A stretch of DNA of 45,390 nt from a virus. Taxonomy: Duplodnaviria; Caudoviricetes. Of this stretch, positions 17,101 to 26,055 are shown piece by piece. The DNA is taken from the IMG/VR virus record IMGVR_UViG_3300042363_000712, positions 1-45,390 of that record; one strand, 5' to 3'. The stretch's first letter is position 1. Each line of letters starts with the position of its first letter. The notes beneath the pieces were generated by a model that was not told the DNA's origin, ran no database searches, and worked only from the letters and a program-made list of their open reading frames with translations. Made by a program: the position numbers and the translations under genes.

Positions 17101-19326
17101 TGCGACAGCGGGGTCAATGCCAGCGTCAAGGTCCGCAATGGCCTTACCGGTACCACCCTGCAATGCTTTTGTTAAGTCAAACGCCGGGTCTTCAACAATG
17201 TCACCGAAAATGTTAACAAATTTGCCCAACTCGGTTGCCGTTTCGGGTATTTCAGCGGTTAGCGCTTGCGCTGGCAACACACCCGTTTCATCGATGCTTT
17301 GCCATGCCGTTTCGCCAACGTTGATGGGGCGCCCCATATCGTCCAAAGCCCCCACTTTGACAAGGCTTTCCTCATACGTCCTATTAAGGTTGTTGATAAT
17401 GGTGGAACGTTCAGTCGCATCGGCAGCTTCGGTACGTAAAACAAGTTCGCGGGCGCGTTGCGTATATCCCGGGATTTCTATTGGCAGTTCGGCAAGCGCT
17501 TTAATACCGTTGTACACACTGTCGGCACCCGCCTCAGCTATACCACCAACACGGTCCATGTACGCTTCTTGAATACCCGACCAGGCTTTGTTTGTTCCAA
17601 AAAGAATTTCTGTAAGGTTCTCGTCCGGCTCGAGAAGCATCCGATATTTTGCGCGTTCACTATTGGTATAAACGTCGTTTATGCCACTATCAACACTGTC
17701 AATGAACGCCTCAAAAATGCGGCTCCTTGCCGCCATTTCTGGGGCTTCTAACCCGGCAAGTTGAGGTTGGAACCCAACAGCAGCGTCAGCATCCGCAAGC
17801 TCATCAATAATTGTTTTTAGTTGACCGACTTGCTGGCTCGGCGTCTCTAACGGAACCTCCGCTACCTTTTCAGCAATTTTTGTTGCCACAGCAGGGTTGG
17901 GGATATTAGCAATAATGTTTTCGATAACATCCCCAATGCGTCTGTTAGACGGCAGGGTTTCTATAATTTCTTGGTACGCCTCAAAAGCTGCATCTTTTTG
18001 CGCTTGCGGAACATCGGGGTTGCGCATAATGTTTGTCAGCGAAGCCCCAGCATCCTCATACGTCGCTGTGGGTGGCAGGTTTAACGCACCTAGCGATGTT
18101 TTACCAAACGTGTTGTGCACACCAACCGGTGGCGGTGCAACACCGTCAGACATTGACGCCCACGGGTTAAAGTTTTGTTGCGTTTTGGGCGGTGCCGCTC
18201 CGTAAGCGCGTGTGCCAGCGGGCATTGGTTGGCTTGTAGTGCGGGGTTGAGCCCAGTAGCGGTCGCCGGTAGGTGAAGTCAAAGCGCCATAGTGCATGCG
18301 TTCTGCGGCGTTTAACCCGCCACCTTGCCCCAAATCGTCCACAATTTGTGTGATGTCTTGCGCCGTATAGTTAGTGGCGCGTTTTGTGCCCGAAGTGAAG
18401 GTGTTAACCGATTTGGCGAGCGCTTCAGCCGCAATCTGACCGCTGGCCACTTTAAAAAGGTCATCTAAAGGTATTTGTTGCCGTGCAGCAACACGGGCCA
18501 CACTGTCATATTGGCGTAGTTCTGCCCACTGGCGCAAACCAACAGGTTTTGGCCGCCCACTAAATTTGCCCACTTTGTATGCGGTTCCCTGGGCGCCTGA
18601 GTACACACCCTTTACGGCTGCTGGTACTTTTGCCGCGCCTTTTGCCGCCTGGGCGCCCCTGATGGCACCCCTTACCCCGGATACAAGAATTCCGCCAGGT
18701 ACGTAGGTGATGGGGTCGCCAAGGATATCTATTGCAAGACCTCCAGCGAACAATCCCGCCCGCTCACCAAAGCTTGCGTCTTCACGGTTTAACGCCTCTT
18801 TGCCCCGCGAAGTGAAATAATTGTTGATTACATCGGACCCCCACACAAGGTTGGGGTTTGTGTAGTCGCTGTTCCATGCGGCAGCAGCGCCGGCTTTCCA
18901 ATATTCTTGTTCGGGGGAAAACCCTGCTTCTGGTATGGCCGCTACGCCTTGTTCACGGTACGCTTGCCGAGCTTGTTCCATGTTTGCGCGACGGTCGGGG
19001 CCAAACGCACCCGTCATGCTGGTGGGGGCGCCTTCGTTGATTACTTTGTTAAGAACGTTGGATGTGCCGGCGGCACCAGCAAATATTTTGTTGAGGAAGC
19101 CTTCAACAGGGCTGACCCTTTGGTTATAGTTGGGGTCCTGTGGGTTCGAAGGTTGGACAAGGCGCGCCAAAGCGGGGCGCGAAAAAGAAGGGTCTCTTGC
19201 TGTGGTGGGCCGAGAGGATTGTGTGGGCCGGGGGGGGCGCGCTGGTGTTACGGGCGTATTTTTGGCACGTTCGATGAGTTCAAGGTACTCATCAATAGGG
19301 TTTTTATCTTTGTCTTCTGTACTCAT
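11170..19326 (-). CDS. Large internal virion (ejection) protein, 2718 aa
   Basis: Follows the tail genes; DPITYVPGG near the N-terminus and RRAFLFYTWQR near the C-terminus, as in large polyvalent/internal virion proteins. Confidence 0.65.
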   Translation of the reverse strand: MSTEDKDKNPIDEYLELIERAKNTPVTPARPPRPTQSSRPTTARDPSFSRPALARLVQPSNPQDPNYNQRVSPVEGFLNKIFAGAAGTSNVLNKVINEGAPTSMTGAFGPDRRANMEQARQAYREQGVAAIPEAGFSPEQEYWKAGAAAAWNSDYTNPNLVWGSDVINNYFTSRGKEALNREDASFGERAGLFAGGLAIDILGDPITYVPGGILVSGVRGAIRGAQAAKGAAKVPAAVKGVYSGAQGTAYKVGKFSGRPKPVGLRQWAELRQYDSVARVAARQQIPLDDLFKVASGQIAAEALAKSVNTFTSGTKRATNYTAQDITQIVDDLGQGGGLNAAERMHYGALTSPTGDRYWAQPRTTSQPMPAGTRAYGAAPPKTQQNFNPWASMSDGVAPPPVGVHNTFGKTSLGALNLPPTATYEDAGASLTNIMRNPDVPQAQKDAAFEAYQEIIETLPSNRRIGDVIENIIANIPNPAVATKIAEKVAEVPLETPSQQVGQLKTIIDELADADAAVGFQPQLAGLEAPEMAARSRIFEAFIDSVDSGINDVYTNSERAKYRMLLEPDENLTEILFGTNKAWSGIQEAYMDRVGGIAEAGADSVYNGIKALAELPIEIPGYTQRARELVLRTEAADATERSTIINNLNRTYEESLVKVGALDDMGRPINVGETAWQSIDETGVLPAQALTAEIPETATELGKFVNIFGDIVEDPAFDLTKALQGGTGKAIADLDAGIDPAVASKELRRVLDAGENFATTANREGLKGADSIVGRTPTTASKTLKQAGLKELVAPNVPRVLDDIYDHVVGFARVPLKKDDWVDSLKRVAATDAAVAPRAIKIIKALGLNNPPFDAAKIQEAYANYIKSFEKLRDMKFPNELGGRIDDTAGVDMFGRIFREDYAEFGDPLKKQIFYGKAGAVTYAESGLAKTNVAKTRGTFVKELEARQTARLERGNTIAELGQAAALGERRKLAGDKPGAPFTSRDKWRYSSLEDVANDPIRRRATDGAWITKPETLVKVVTEGDVSASAANLVENLKLSRKLDEGLEQILPGMKYRQTPALTKVLYEKTSVREMSETSGRGTTQVIAQTRAALETQSETISDILRQAAQRFRTTAKAPKNTFKDFTRTLQGQRGVEVFKYDQGRSIPDMTVDGKIVEGSDVDFLRDFPDMALPSENSFAETTEKLAYVNMEPVRGALDNVLDAASIPEDLKANIRPILWNSILDNMSGLKGGEINVNFNKVIDDFVDTPFRTGKSKIAVEIEAEAGLTETVLRNAGETLKKWNEEYGYTAPPAQTLATSAKTYNSALYKSLEASESLDGYIDQVEKIFAELSLNHKNIDPTWLKKTAEVIARGTGDTQFDAQKSSGEALFDYIKSKTPQLKGLLTESKVREIAQFDAINKYTLLNGDVIARMAEGTNPSKLLTETRAVASAQIAKIINKTEAEAVRAASLAGYSASIARLGSQGATKRVPGTRWRTYQQNAVYTAYKAAKSVIDQKFAPGTIENWNATIIASRDLRALLRESGIVETTVMRPFGGKIVPRETGDVDFSYTSWLDVMDASISATPKTGLGTGLPEDVFRVALDLHKVNGLTFPQTVLAESGIMAMKMAGAGMDETTRIAWLYDFIKYQIGKIPAGKAYADDITADVSTPTSKLVAMLARSIGSDDVVKNLNQRHINAGALAVAVAERNSSQISEPILRAVENVANNIYATPGDVNKALTRSVDMLRKELAQRGYGKGSLESLISLKSLERVIAENVSANTISGARVGERMARAAETPATQKQAANAVRSETAKSTYEMADNITVQDLLGKLHQALKPEATETALENVIREIMHMSDYSIKTTQDLMQFVSQQPNTMRKPVVQATPQTPGSPPTVRALGLVADRLEYERQPLGDAYFRLEADGVTGKELDEAFAAFDEVDQRYQAALAAYEAARDAGQTGWGKTRPAIGGAKTETDDRIGDDIMGKGIEDSLDPEMPQNLESFQNQGAAAEVQLRASVRAGQQDIATARTGAQSITDSVINTTEVRLEALARKFKKIPADVIGGLLTRVAKLKTPESKKAFVDSLPPEQQQFMEGFFWSIGHLFDSNTIARTGLDSKWIDKHLFQTQLASVGKARLSPRDRNVVGWDIETAYNKLIVDVLEAGPEGGGTDWLTLFKGLNQAIYDSTLMPNLAGDFSSRFGHEAAGMTADQAKALKWVRIQTGEGAGDLARFLDATQYFPPDMARQMANMQRMFSVKTQPDSTFGRKVLNWFDRVQGSIKSFLTLWALSHHIVASMGEATMNIIAGESNPKNFAHALRVLAAGGDISKNPASWFRHNKTREMDIFKELGFKTSDDDAKDLVKTVIQGGDGRGMKMTPAQIHDFFESIGIKMTNNTVEDYTYRNSQLVRDGNLLRKVVSPIIAANRGLGHFASTRDNVFRFQHAMGILRGTNPRSPKVFRTLDDAKDYIQREIFEWHPTAQSLAPFERAFQRRAFLFYTWQRVALNRIMEATIDDPYRLGIIPKAIQSASAAMGGDPQAPGNPMPNDPRLPAFAQEHILGPAWYDQYGEVQSIAMNSPQLDLFQTFFGGFGIDQTMTAQENIRYNLTEIPKLIVPQLSPVFKLGIEGSTGTAISSGGPGPEITDWGQRISDTLGFSRQSIVTGITPLSERGLFAPRDYNANSFGGLEPAEIEWLRQRTTFNLLTGLKWDQKSRFWRSAQIEQQERYARFQRNLLNQQREEQQ

Positions 19327-19372
19327 TACGTTCTTTCAGCTAAGGAGCTAAACGTGTTAATAATAATTTATT

Positions 19373-20494
19373 TTATCGGGTGCCGCCGGAACCGAACCAA
19401 CCTCCAGGTGTTACGGACACGCTGGGCTGCATAAACGAGCTAGGTATTGTCCATCCCAGGTCTTTTGCTGCTTCGAGTGCCGCAAGGTTTCCACCGTTTT
19501 GCAAGTATCTTGAGTAGCTACCGCCGGGGGCTGTCAACTCTTCGCCCAATTTTCTCAAATCTTCATCTGTAACATCGAGTTGGCGGGCACCGGATTCGCC
19601 AGAACTGGGTCGTTGTATAATCCCGCTTTGATAGAAACTTTCCATCATCAAGCTTTCAACAATGCCCGCTGGTAGGTCTGCGGCGGAACGCCCGCTACCT
19701 GTAGCCACCTGTTGAATTGCGCCCATAAGTTCTTGGGATTCGTTAGCGTCTAACATTTCAAGGTAATCGTTGTAACGGCTCAACAAATCCTGTTTTGCCA
19801 TAACACCAGTATCCAGGGCACCTTCATACGCTAGTTGCCCACGGGTTTGTTCCGCCGTGGATAACGCTCCCATAAGGCCCGACCAGTTGGCCCCGGTTCT
19901 GCCCATTTCACCAGTCTGGTAGTCAACCGTTTCGGTTAAATCTTCCATTGGGGTGGGGTCAATACCCAGTTCTGCGGCCTGTGCCGCACGTGCGGCGGCT
20001 TCTTCGTTAACCCGGGCGGCTGTTTCCTGCATGAGACGTTCCGTCTGGTCGGTTGCTCCCTCGCTGGCTACCGCAAAACGTTGTGCTGCTTGTTCTGGTA
20101 ATCCTTGAAGGGCGGAAGCGTACTGGTCGTACAGTTGCGTCATGTCTGCACGAGAAGAGCCGTAACGCCCTTCTGCTTGTTCACGCATGGCGTTGTAACG
20201 GTCGCGAACCTGTGGGCGGTTGTCAATGGTGCGCACACCGCCACCAGTACTCTGCCCCCAACCAAGAGCTGCCAAAACTTCCATTGGGTCGATTTGGGCA
20301 CCGTAGTTTACGGGCGCCCCCATTGCCGCCCCGGTTGTTGCGCCTCGGGTACGGGCGTTTTGGTTCCGCATTGCGGGTGTGTAGCTTTGGCGGTTGCGGG
20401 CACGTTGAGCGCCGCCATCGTAAACTGGGGGTGATGGCACAACCGGCGAGGTTGCGTCTTGTCTTCCTATGGTAAAGGCGTCAAGCCAGCTCAT
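19373..20494 (-). CDS. Putative internal virion protein
   Basis: Ala/Gln-rich, helical-looking; syntenic position. Confidence 0.55.
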   Translation of the reverse strand: MSWLDAFTIGRQDATSPVVPSPPVYDGGAQRARNRQSYTPAMRNQNARTRGATTGAAMGAPVNYGAQIDPMEVLAALGWGQSTGGGVRTIDNRPQVRDRYNAMREQAEGRYGSSRADMTQLYDQYASALQGLPEQAAQRFAVASEGATDQTERLMQETAARVNEEAAARAAQAAELGIDPTPMEDLTETVDYQTGEMGRTGANWSGLMGALSTAEQTRGQLAYEGALDTGVMAKQDLLSRYNDYLEMLDANESQELMGAIQQVATGSGRSAADLPAGIVESLMMESFYQSGIIQRPSSGESGARQLDVTDEDLRKLGEELTAPGGSYSRYLQNGGNLAALEAAKDLGWTIPSSFMQPSVSVTPGGWFGSGGTR

Positions 20495-20497
20495 GGT

Positions 20498-21304
20498 TTA
20501 CCAACCTAACGTGTTAATAATGTTTTGGTTGGAACGGCCGGCACTCTGGGCTCGCATCTGGTTTAGACCAGCCTGATACCTGTTGCCTTCGCCCACACCA
20601 CGCTGGCCCAGCAGGCCGTACACGTCGGCAAGCGCGTTATAGTTCTGGTCAAACAGGGCTTCCTGGGTAAAATTTTGTCCCGCCAGGGGGTTACGCCTAC
20701 CCAACTGTTGCCCAAGGTTTTGTTCACGCTGGTTGATTTGCCCAGCAGATTGTTCATAATCTTTAAGCAAATCTTCTAACCCTTGCTGGTATAAACCTGA
20801 CTGGCTAAGCCCTCTTGCCGCAAAATCTTCACCGGTGCGCTGCGAACCGCGTTCTCTCTGCTGGGTCCAATCGCGCCGGGTACGGTCAATGTCTTGGTAT
20901 CCTTGCTGGTTTTCAAACAACAGGTTGGCTAGTTGCTCTTGGAGGCTTACCTGCGCACCACCAGCACCGGAACGGAAGATAGCGTCCCTGCCAAACCAGT
21001 CCACGTCGCGCATGGAGCTGGGTCTACCATCGCCACCACCGGCCATGGGTTGGGTGGGCGCGGGCGTTGGCCCACCGCCACCGCCACCGCCACCGCGATT
21101 GCCGGCCGGGGCCCCTGGGGCTTCATAACCCGTGTAGCCGTAAGTTCCTGTGCGAGACGTAACAGGTTCACGAACGACGGGAGCGCCAGATACCACAGAC
21201 CCTCTTGACGGGGCGGGGGAAGCCGCGCCTGTGCTACCCCGCATTGCGGTTAGGGCCCCCGGCCTATATGCTGGCTGAAATCTCACAGCTCTATCATCAA
21301 CCAT
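20498..21304 (-). CDS. Putative internal virion protein
   Basis: FAARGLSQSGLY motif, Gln-rich; syntenic position. Confidence 0.55.
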   Translation of the reverse strand: MVDDRAVRFQPAYRPGALTAMRGSTGAASPAPSRGSVVSGAPVVREPVTSRTGTYGYTGYEAPGAPAGNRGGGGGGGGPTPAPTQPMAGGGDGRPSSMRDVDWFGRDAIFRSGAGGAQVSLQEQLANLLFENQQGYQDIDRTRRDWTQQRERGSQRTGEDFAARGLSQSGLYQQGLEDLLKDYEQSAGQINQREQNLGQQLGRRNPLAGQNFTQEALFDQNYNALADVYGLLGQRGVGEGNRYQAGLNQMRAQSAGRSNQNIINTLGW

Positions 21305-21307
21305 TGT

Positions 21308-21532
21308 TTAACCTCGTCTCATAGCGTTAGCGCTACCGTAAGCGCCTTTAGTGTTATCTTGAATCCATTTTAAATAAACTTGTTTCTTCAGACGATTACG
21401 CGCCTCCCGGTCAATATAACCACTAGGGTCAACCGGACCAGACGTTGCAGCTGAACTTGCGTTAGGGCCGTAACGTTTAACGCCGGCAGCATAAGAGTTG
21501 AAACCCGGTTGCCCGGAACCCGTCATGGGCAT
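21308..21532 (-). CDS. Small hypothetical (possibly virion) protein
   Basis: GGGAGA RBS; FNSYAAGVKRYG...TSGPVD..GY..R. Confidence 0.65.
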   Translation of the reverse strand: MPMTGSGQPGFNSYAAGVKRYGPNASSAATSGPVDPSGYIDREARNRLKKQVYLKWIQDNTKGAYGSANAMRRG

Positions 21533-21578
21533 AGTCTCCCCTTATCTTGTTAAGCGTTATTTATTATCATACAAGAAA

Positions 21579-23162
21579 CTATTGAATAATGTCAGAAATA
21601 CCACGTTTTAGCACAGCATGGATACTGAAAGCAACAACTCTTACAGGACCAGTAGCCGTTGTTCCATCGGTTGACAGCCTCACTTCGAACGATGCGCGCC
21701 TAAACCGCATGTCTCTTTGAAAAGTAACGTTAACCCTGTACGGGAGCAACGCGGGATACACCACATGGGTTTGCACGTCGGGGCTTTTAACAATAGGGAA
21801 ATCCCATGTGCCCAGCGCTAACTGGTCAAACGTATAACCCGCAAGGTCGTCCCACGAAACAATTAGTGACGTGAACTGGATAGGCGAAACAACACCGTAC
21901 ACGTCACGTGCCGTATAAACGTCTGCCGACCAGTAAAACAAGCGTTTCCACAAATCCGGGATATCGAAATCGAATGCTTTTGTTTCCGCTAAACATTCTA
22001 TTTCTTCAGTATTGCTGACAAGGTATGCGTCAACAAGTTGATACATTTTTTGTTTATTTGCCGTGTTAACACCCGTAATCCCAATGACCGTGTCCGGCGT
22101 TAAAGCGTCTTGTTTACGGGGCTTTAGCACCCCCCACGCAAATTCTGTGCTGGGCGACGACCATTGAGACCATGCACCTGTTTCTAAATCTAGGGCGTAA
22201 GTGCCTCCACCGAACCATACGACAGCACGTCGCCCAAACACTGTTAAAGCAGATTTAATGCTGAGTACGGCGGTAGATTTTGTTTGCACAAAACTTAGGC
22301 GACTAATGTCGTTAAGTGGGTAAAACTGGTACGAAACAAAACGGTACAACCGACCGTTGTTAAGAACCAGGTAAGAAAACTCGTATTCGCCAACACTATA
22401 TTTGTTGTCAGCCCCCACCGTGTTGTCTAGCAAATCTAGTGAGCCGTCGATGGGTGCGGACTGGTATTTAAAATAGTATGTGCTTTTGGTGCGGAAAATA
22501 AAAAGTTCGTTTGCGGCGGAAACTATTTTAGTGATAAACTGTCCGTCACCTTTTGAAACATCAAAATAGTTGTCGGGTTCCCAGTCGTTGATACTTGTTG
22601 CGCCCGGGCCCACCGTGGTAATGTTGGAAAAGTGTATGCGGCCTCGCTCGTGCCCCGAAACCCGCGAAATCATAAAAAACCGGGCTTTATATAGAACGAT
22701 TTGTTCGCCTCGAGGCATTGCGTTGGCACCGGCAGCTAGGGATGTGAAAGTGGTGCCGTTCCAGTAGCCCCCAGATTGGGTGCTAGAACATAGGTAAAGG
22801 TTGCCGCCCCACTGTGCAGCGCCAGTTGCTGCAAAGGTTGCTATTGCTGAAGTGTACGTATTTGTGTCCAAATTGTACAAATAGGTGTTGCCGTTACATG
22901 CAACAACAGCGTAACTAACCTCAACGGGGTCCGTATAAAAACCAAGAATGTCAATAGGTTGGTTTACCACTGGCGCTAACGCCAACTGTGTGATAGGTGG
23001 GCGTGACACAAGGGAGCCGTTAGCGTCAAGCTCAAAATTTATGAGACGGTGCAGTTCTTCATTATCAATAGTGGTAATGTCGGAAACGTTGTTCAGTCCG
23101 CCACTAAAAGTTTGAACAGTTATTCGTTCGCTGCGTGAACCCGTTACTTGACTTTCCGCCAT
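21579..23162 (-). CDS. Tail nozzle / tail tubular protein B-like
   Basis: FSGGLN start, N...D.NGSL..RP, beta-rich; follows the adaptor gene. Confidence 0.7.
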   Translation of the reverse strand: MAESQVTGSRSERITVQTFSGGLNNVSDITTIDNEELHRLINFELDANGSLVSRPPITQLALAPVVNQPIDILGFYTDPVEVSYAVVACNGNTYLYNLDTNTYTSAIATFAATGAAQWGGNLYLCSSTQSGGYWNGTTFTSLAAGANAMPRGEQIVLYKARFFMISRVSGHERGRIHFSNITTVGPGATSINDWEPDNYFDVSKGDGQFITKIVSAANELFIFRTKSTYYFKYQSAPIDGSLDLLDNTVGADNKYSVGEYEFSYLVLNNGRLYRFVSYQFYPLNDISRLSFVQTKSTAVLSIKSALTVFGRRAVVWFGGGTYALDLETGAWSQWSSPSTEFAWGVLKPRKQDALTPDTVIGITGVNTANKQKMYQLVDAYLVSNTEEIECLAETKAFDFDIPDLWKRLFYWSADVYTARDVYGVVSPIQFTSLIVSWDDLAGYTFDQLALGTWDFPIVKSPDVQTHVVYPALLPYRVNVTFQRDMRFRRASFEVRLSTDGTTATGPVRVVAFSIHAVLKRGISDIIQ

Positions 23163-23821
23163 TACAGGTCCTCAATCCGCACCGTAACCGAAGGATAAGT
23201 GCTCATTTGAACAACGTTTTCCTGATTTTCTAACAGGGTCATAGCGTTAACATACTCTTGCTGCTTGTACGACGCTGCTTCCCAGTTCTCATCCAACTGG
23301 TATGCCCGCGCCAAAACAAGGTCAACCACACGCTGGAAATAACGGTTGGGCACACTTAAAGTGTTTGTGAGCACCGTTAAATCTGTGGGTTGTTCCACAT
23401 AGTACATTCTCAAACCATTAGTAATGTTTTTGTTAGGTTTTGGAAAAATGTACACTTGGCCAGCGCGTTCGTACCAGATTGTGGGGATGCCTTCAGGCGA
23501 CCCCGACTCTGGCAGGTTGCTAAGGATATAACTTTGCGCTTCCTGAAAACTGTACGGCTCAAGGGGGACGCCGTCGTAATGCAAAGCCTCAATATATTGG
23601 ATATTTTGCGTGGGGTAAGTGTATAAATCTTGGCCTTTAATAACGTTTGTCTGGCTAGTTTCTTTAAGCAACGGGTTTTGGCTAACAATGTCCTGCTGCG
23701 CAAGATTAATCCAACCGAGGATATCAAAATCGTTTATTTGACGCCCGTCAGGGTCACCAAATTGTCTTTTTACCGCATCGGCAACTTGCGTGCCTGTACG
23801 GGTGAAAATTTCTGCGGGCAT
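23162..23821 (-). CDS. Head-tail adaptor / tail tubular protein A-like
   Basis: WINLAQQDI, YIFPKP and VPNRYF..VVD.VLARAY motifs. Confidence 0.7.
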   Translation of the reverse strand: MPAEIFTRTGTQVADAVKRQFGDPDGRQINDFDILGWINLAQQDIVSQNPLLKETSQTNVIKGQDLYTYPTQNIQYIEALHYDGVPLEPYSFQEAQSYILSNLPESGSPEGIPTIWYERAGQVYIFPKPNKNITNGLRMYYVEQPTDLTVLTNTLSVPNRYFQRVVDLVLARAYQLDENWEAASYKQQEYVNAMTLLENQENVVQMSTYPSVTVRIEDL

Positions 23822-23824
23822 GTT

Positions 23825-24214
23825 TTAGCTCCAACGTTTTTTATTAAGCTCGTATTTCATTCTCTCACGTTTTTCTTCTAAATCATCTGCGCGTCTGCGT
23901 TCCTCCAAAATATGGCGGGCATGCGTCAACGCATCAAACTTGTCAAGTTTTTTGCCAAACCGGTGCGTGTCCCACTCCCACACTTGGGCGATAATACGTT
24001 CGTCCAACATTGACTCCGAATAGTTTTTAATAATATATTCAGGTAGCCCCATGGGTTTATGTATTACCACAAAAGGTTTATCTGGCGCTTCTTTAATCCA
24101 CGGGTGCTCTGGTGGCAGTTTCTCTAGAAACAATTCATGATTGTAGTCGTTGAGGATTTGCGCAACAATGCGACCTTTTTCGGGTAAGTCCAAGTTTTTA
24201 AATAAAGTAACCAT
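23825..24214 (-). CDS. Hypothetical protein
   Basis: ATG just downstream of the capsid terminator; the ORF-track start lies inside the terminator region. Confidence 0.6.
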   Translation of the reverse strand: MVTLFKNLDLPEKGRIVAQILNDYNHELFLEKLPPEHPWIKEAPDKPFVVIHKPMGLPEYIIKNYSESMLDERIIAQVWEWDTHRFGKKLDKFDALTHARHILEERRRADDLEEKRERMKYELNKKRWS

Positions 24215-24230
24215 AACGTATAGGGTACAA

Positions 24231-24268
24231 GAAAAACCCCCCGCCAGGGTGGATGGCGGGGGGTTTTC
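24231..24268 (-). terminator. Terminator after the major capsid gene
   Basis: gaaaaacccccgcca...tggcggggggttttc. Confidence 0.8.
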
Positions 24269-24306
24269 GTATGGTTGTCGCATTGGACAACACGGAGGGG
24301 AAAGGT

Positions 24307-25548
24307 TTAGACCTCCGCGATACCGTACAGCTTACCATGAGCGTTGCGCCTGTAGGTAGTCAACTCCGAGTAGTTACGCATTTCGGCAATGAAGCCGTCG
24401 TAACCCGGAATCTTCTGCCAAGTGGCACCCTGCTCGTCAATCCACTCCCAACCAACGTTCGTGTTGAGAGCGAGTTCCTTGTCGTTCGGGAACCATGCGA
24501 CACCTGCTGGTGCGTCAAAGTCCGTCATCATGGGGATGTCACCGTAAGGCGTGGTGAAGGAAAGTCCTCCACTGACACCACCATTCATGTCAGGCTTGTT
24601 TACAAACTGACGCATTCCCTCAAGAGCGTTCCAGTACGCACGGTACACACCAGGGGTGGTGATGATACGCGTGGGCTTGGAACCCTTGCGGCGCACGTTC
24701 TGAACAACATTGTCGAGGTCCAACTCTGTTAGCACACCCGCACCGCTGGCGGTAGTAAGAACAGTAGAAGCCCAGTCGGGGTGAACCGTTGGGTCGATGT
24801 TGTACAGGGTTCCCGTGTTGTTAATAATGGCCTTAAAACCGGTCCATTCTTTCTTCCACGAGTTCGTGCCACCAGCGGCAGTGCGCGATGAACGAACGAG
24901 AACGTCGTTTACCGTCAGGGTACCAACCGAAGCATCAACCGTAATCTCTTTGGCGGCCGCGTTGATGGCGGTGACAGTGAGGTAGCTGGTGTTGCGTGGG
25001 GTTGGCACGGAAGCGCCAAGGGTTGACTGGTTCAGGATGTCGATACGCATACCAATGCTGATGTATGTGAGGTCATCGACATCAATAACCGTGAGTGCCG
25101 AGCCGGCTACGGTAACCTTTGCGAGGGTACCTGTTCCGTCACCATAAACCTGGCGGTTCATGTCCTTGGCAAGGTCAGACTTAAGACGGGTCATTTCCTC
25201 GCCCACGTAGTCCACGAAGGACTGGGGGTTGGTCTTGGCCTGGTACATAACCTGACCGGTACACTGAATGGCACCGTAGAGGCTCTTAAGCCCGGTGGTA
25301 CCACGTGCGTAAACCTGCTGACCAGCTGCTGGCAGCTGCTCAAGTTCGTTACGTGCACCAATACCGTGGTTGCGACCAAAGTGCGCAACGAATGCGACTC
25401 CAGCACCACCGACGTTAGTGATGTTCTTTGCGGTGCTCTTAATGTTTGTAAGAGCGGGTGTTTCGTTATTGATTTGCTCGTTTACACCATCGGAATAAAT
25501 CTGCTTGAGAATAGCAGTACCAATAGCAAGCGATACGCCATCAGCCAT
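24307..25548 (-). CDS. Major capsid protein
   Basis: 413 aa after the scaffold; LKQIY...VNEQIN, DMNRQVYGDGTG and RNAHGKLYGI; followed by a terminator. Confidence 0.85.
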   Translation of the reverse strand: MADGVSLAIGTAILKQIYSDGVNEQINNETPALTNIKSTAKNITNVGGAGVAFVAHFGRNHGIGARNELEQLPAAGQQVYARGTTGLKSLYGAIQCTGQVMYQAKTNPQSFVDYVGEEMTRLKSDLAKDMNRQVYGDGTGTLAKVTVAGSALTVIDVDDLTYISIGMRIDILNQSTLGASVPTPRNTSYLTVTAINAAAKEITVDASVGTLTVNDVLVRSSRTAAGGTNSWKKEWTGFKAIINNTGTLYNIDPTVHPDWASTVLTTASGAGVLTELDLDNVVQNVRRKGSKPTRIITTPGVYRAYWNALEGMRQFVNKPDMNGGVSGGLSFTTPYGDIPMMTDFDAPAGVAWFPNDKELALNTNVGWEWIDEQGATWQKIPGYDGFIAEMRNYSELTTYRRNAHGKLYGIAEV

Positions 25549-25639
25549 TTGTTTGTCCTTTTCTGTAGGCTATGTTTTGGTTATTTGGGTAGCCGTAAGG
25601 ACGGCCTCTAATAAGAGATTATCAGAGACTTACTAAATA

Positions 25640-25669
25640 AACATAATTAAATGAGCGTTTGCGTGTCAA
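25640..25669 (-). promoter_or_regulatory. Sigma70/SigA-like promoter upstream of the capsid gene
   Basis: Minus strand TTGACA-N18-TATGTT. Confidence 0.5.
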
Positions 25670-26016
25670 TATTTGGTGGATTTGGTGTCCGCACCCATTT
25701 TCATTGCAAGGTTTACGGCATCTGTTTTCTTTTTTTCGGGGGTGTCGTAGTTAATAAGCTCTTCAGCAATTGTAACAAAACGGCAACGACCGCCCGCCTC
25801 AACCTTGTCAACAATAATTGCACAGTCCTTACCGCCAGCATAAAACGAACAATTACCGCATTTAATGCCTTTGTCTTTGTCCTCGTTTTTTGCTGGCGGT
25901 TCGTACTGTACGTACACTCCAGGTGAAACACCAAACTTGCCGTGTTCTTCCACGACCTTCATTGTTGCGTCATGGAAAGCTTTTTCCTGAACGCTAAGTT
26001 TTTCGTAAGTTGGCAT
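25666..26016 (-). CDS. HiPIP-like 4-Cys protein
   Basis: VQY...KCGNCSFY....DCAIIVDKVEAGGRCRF. Confidence 0.6.
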   Translation of the reverse strand: MPTYEKLSVQEKAFHDATMKVVEEHGKFGVSPGVYVQYEPPAKNEDKDKGIKCGNCSFYAGGKDCAIIVDKVEAGGRCRFVTIAEELINYDTPEKKKTDAVNLAMKMGADTKSTKY

Positions 26017-26055
26017 TGTTCTTATTTCTTTGGCTTAGGGTATTTTGGTCCCATT

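Noticed and set aside
11170-19326. Virion RNA polymerase (N4- or crAss-like)
   Set aside because: No DxDGD or T7-type polymerase motifs were recognised
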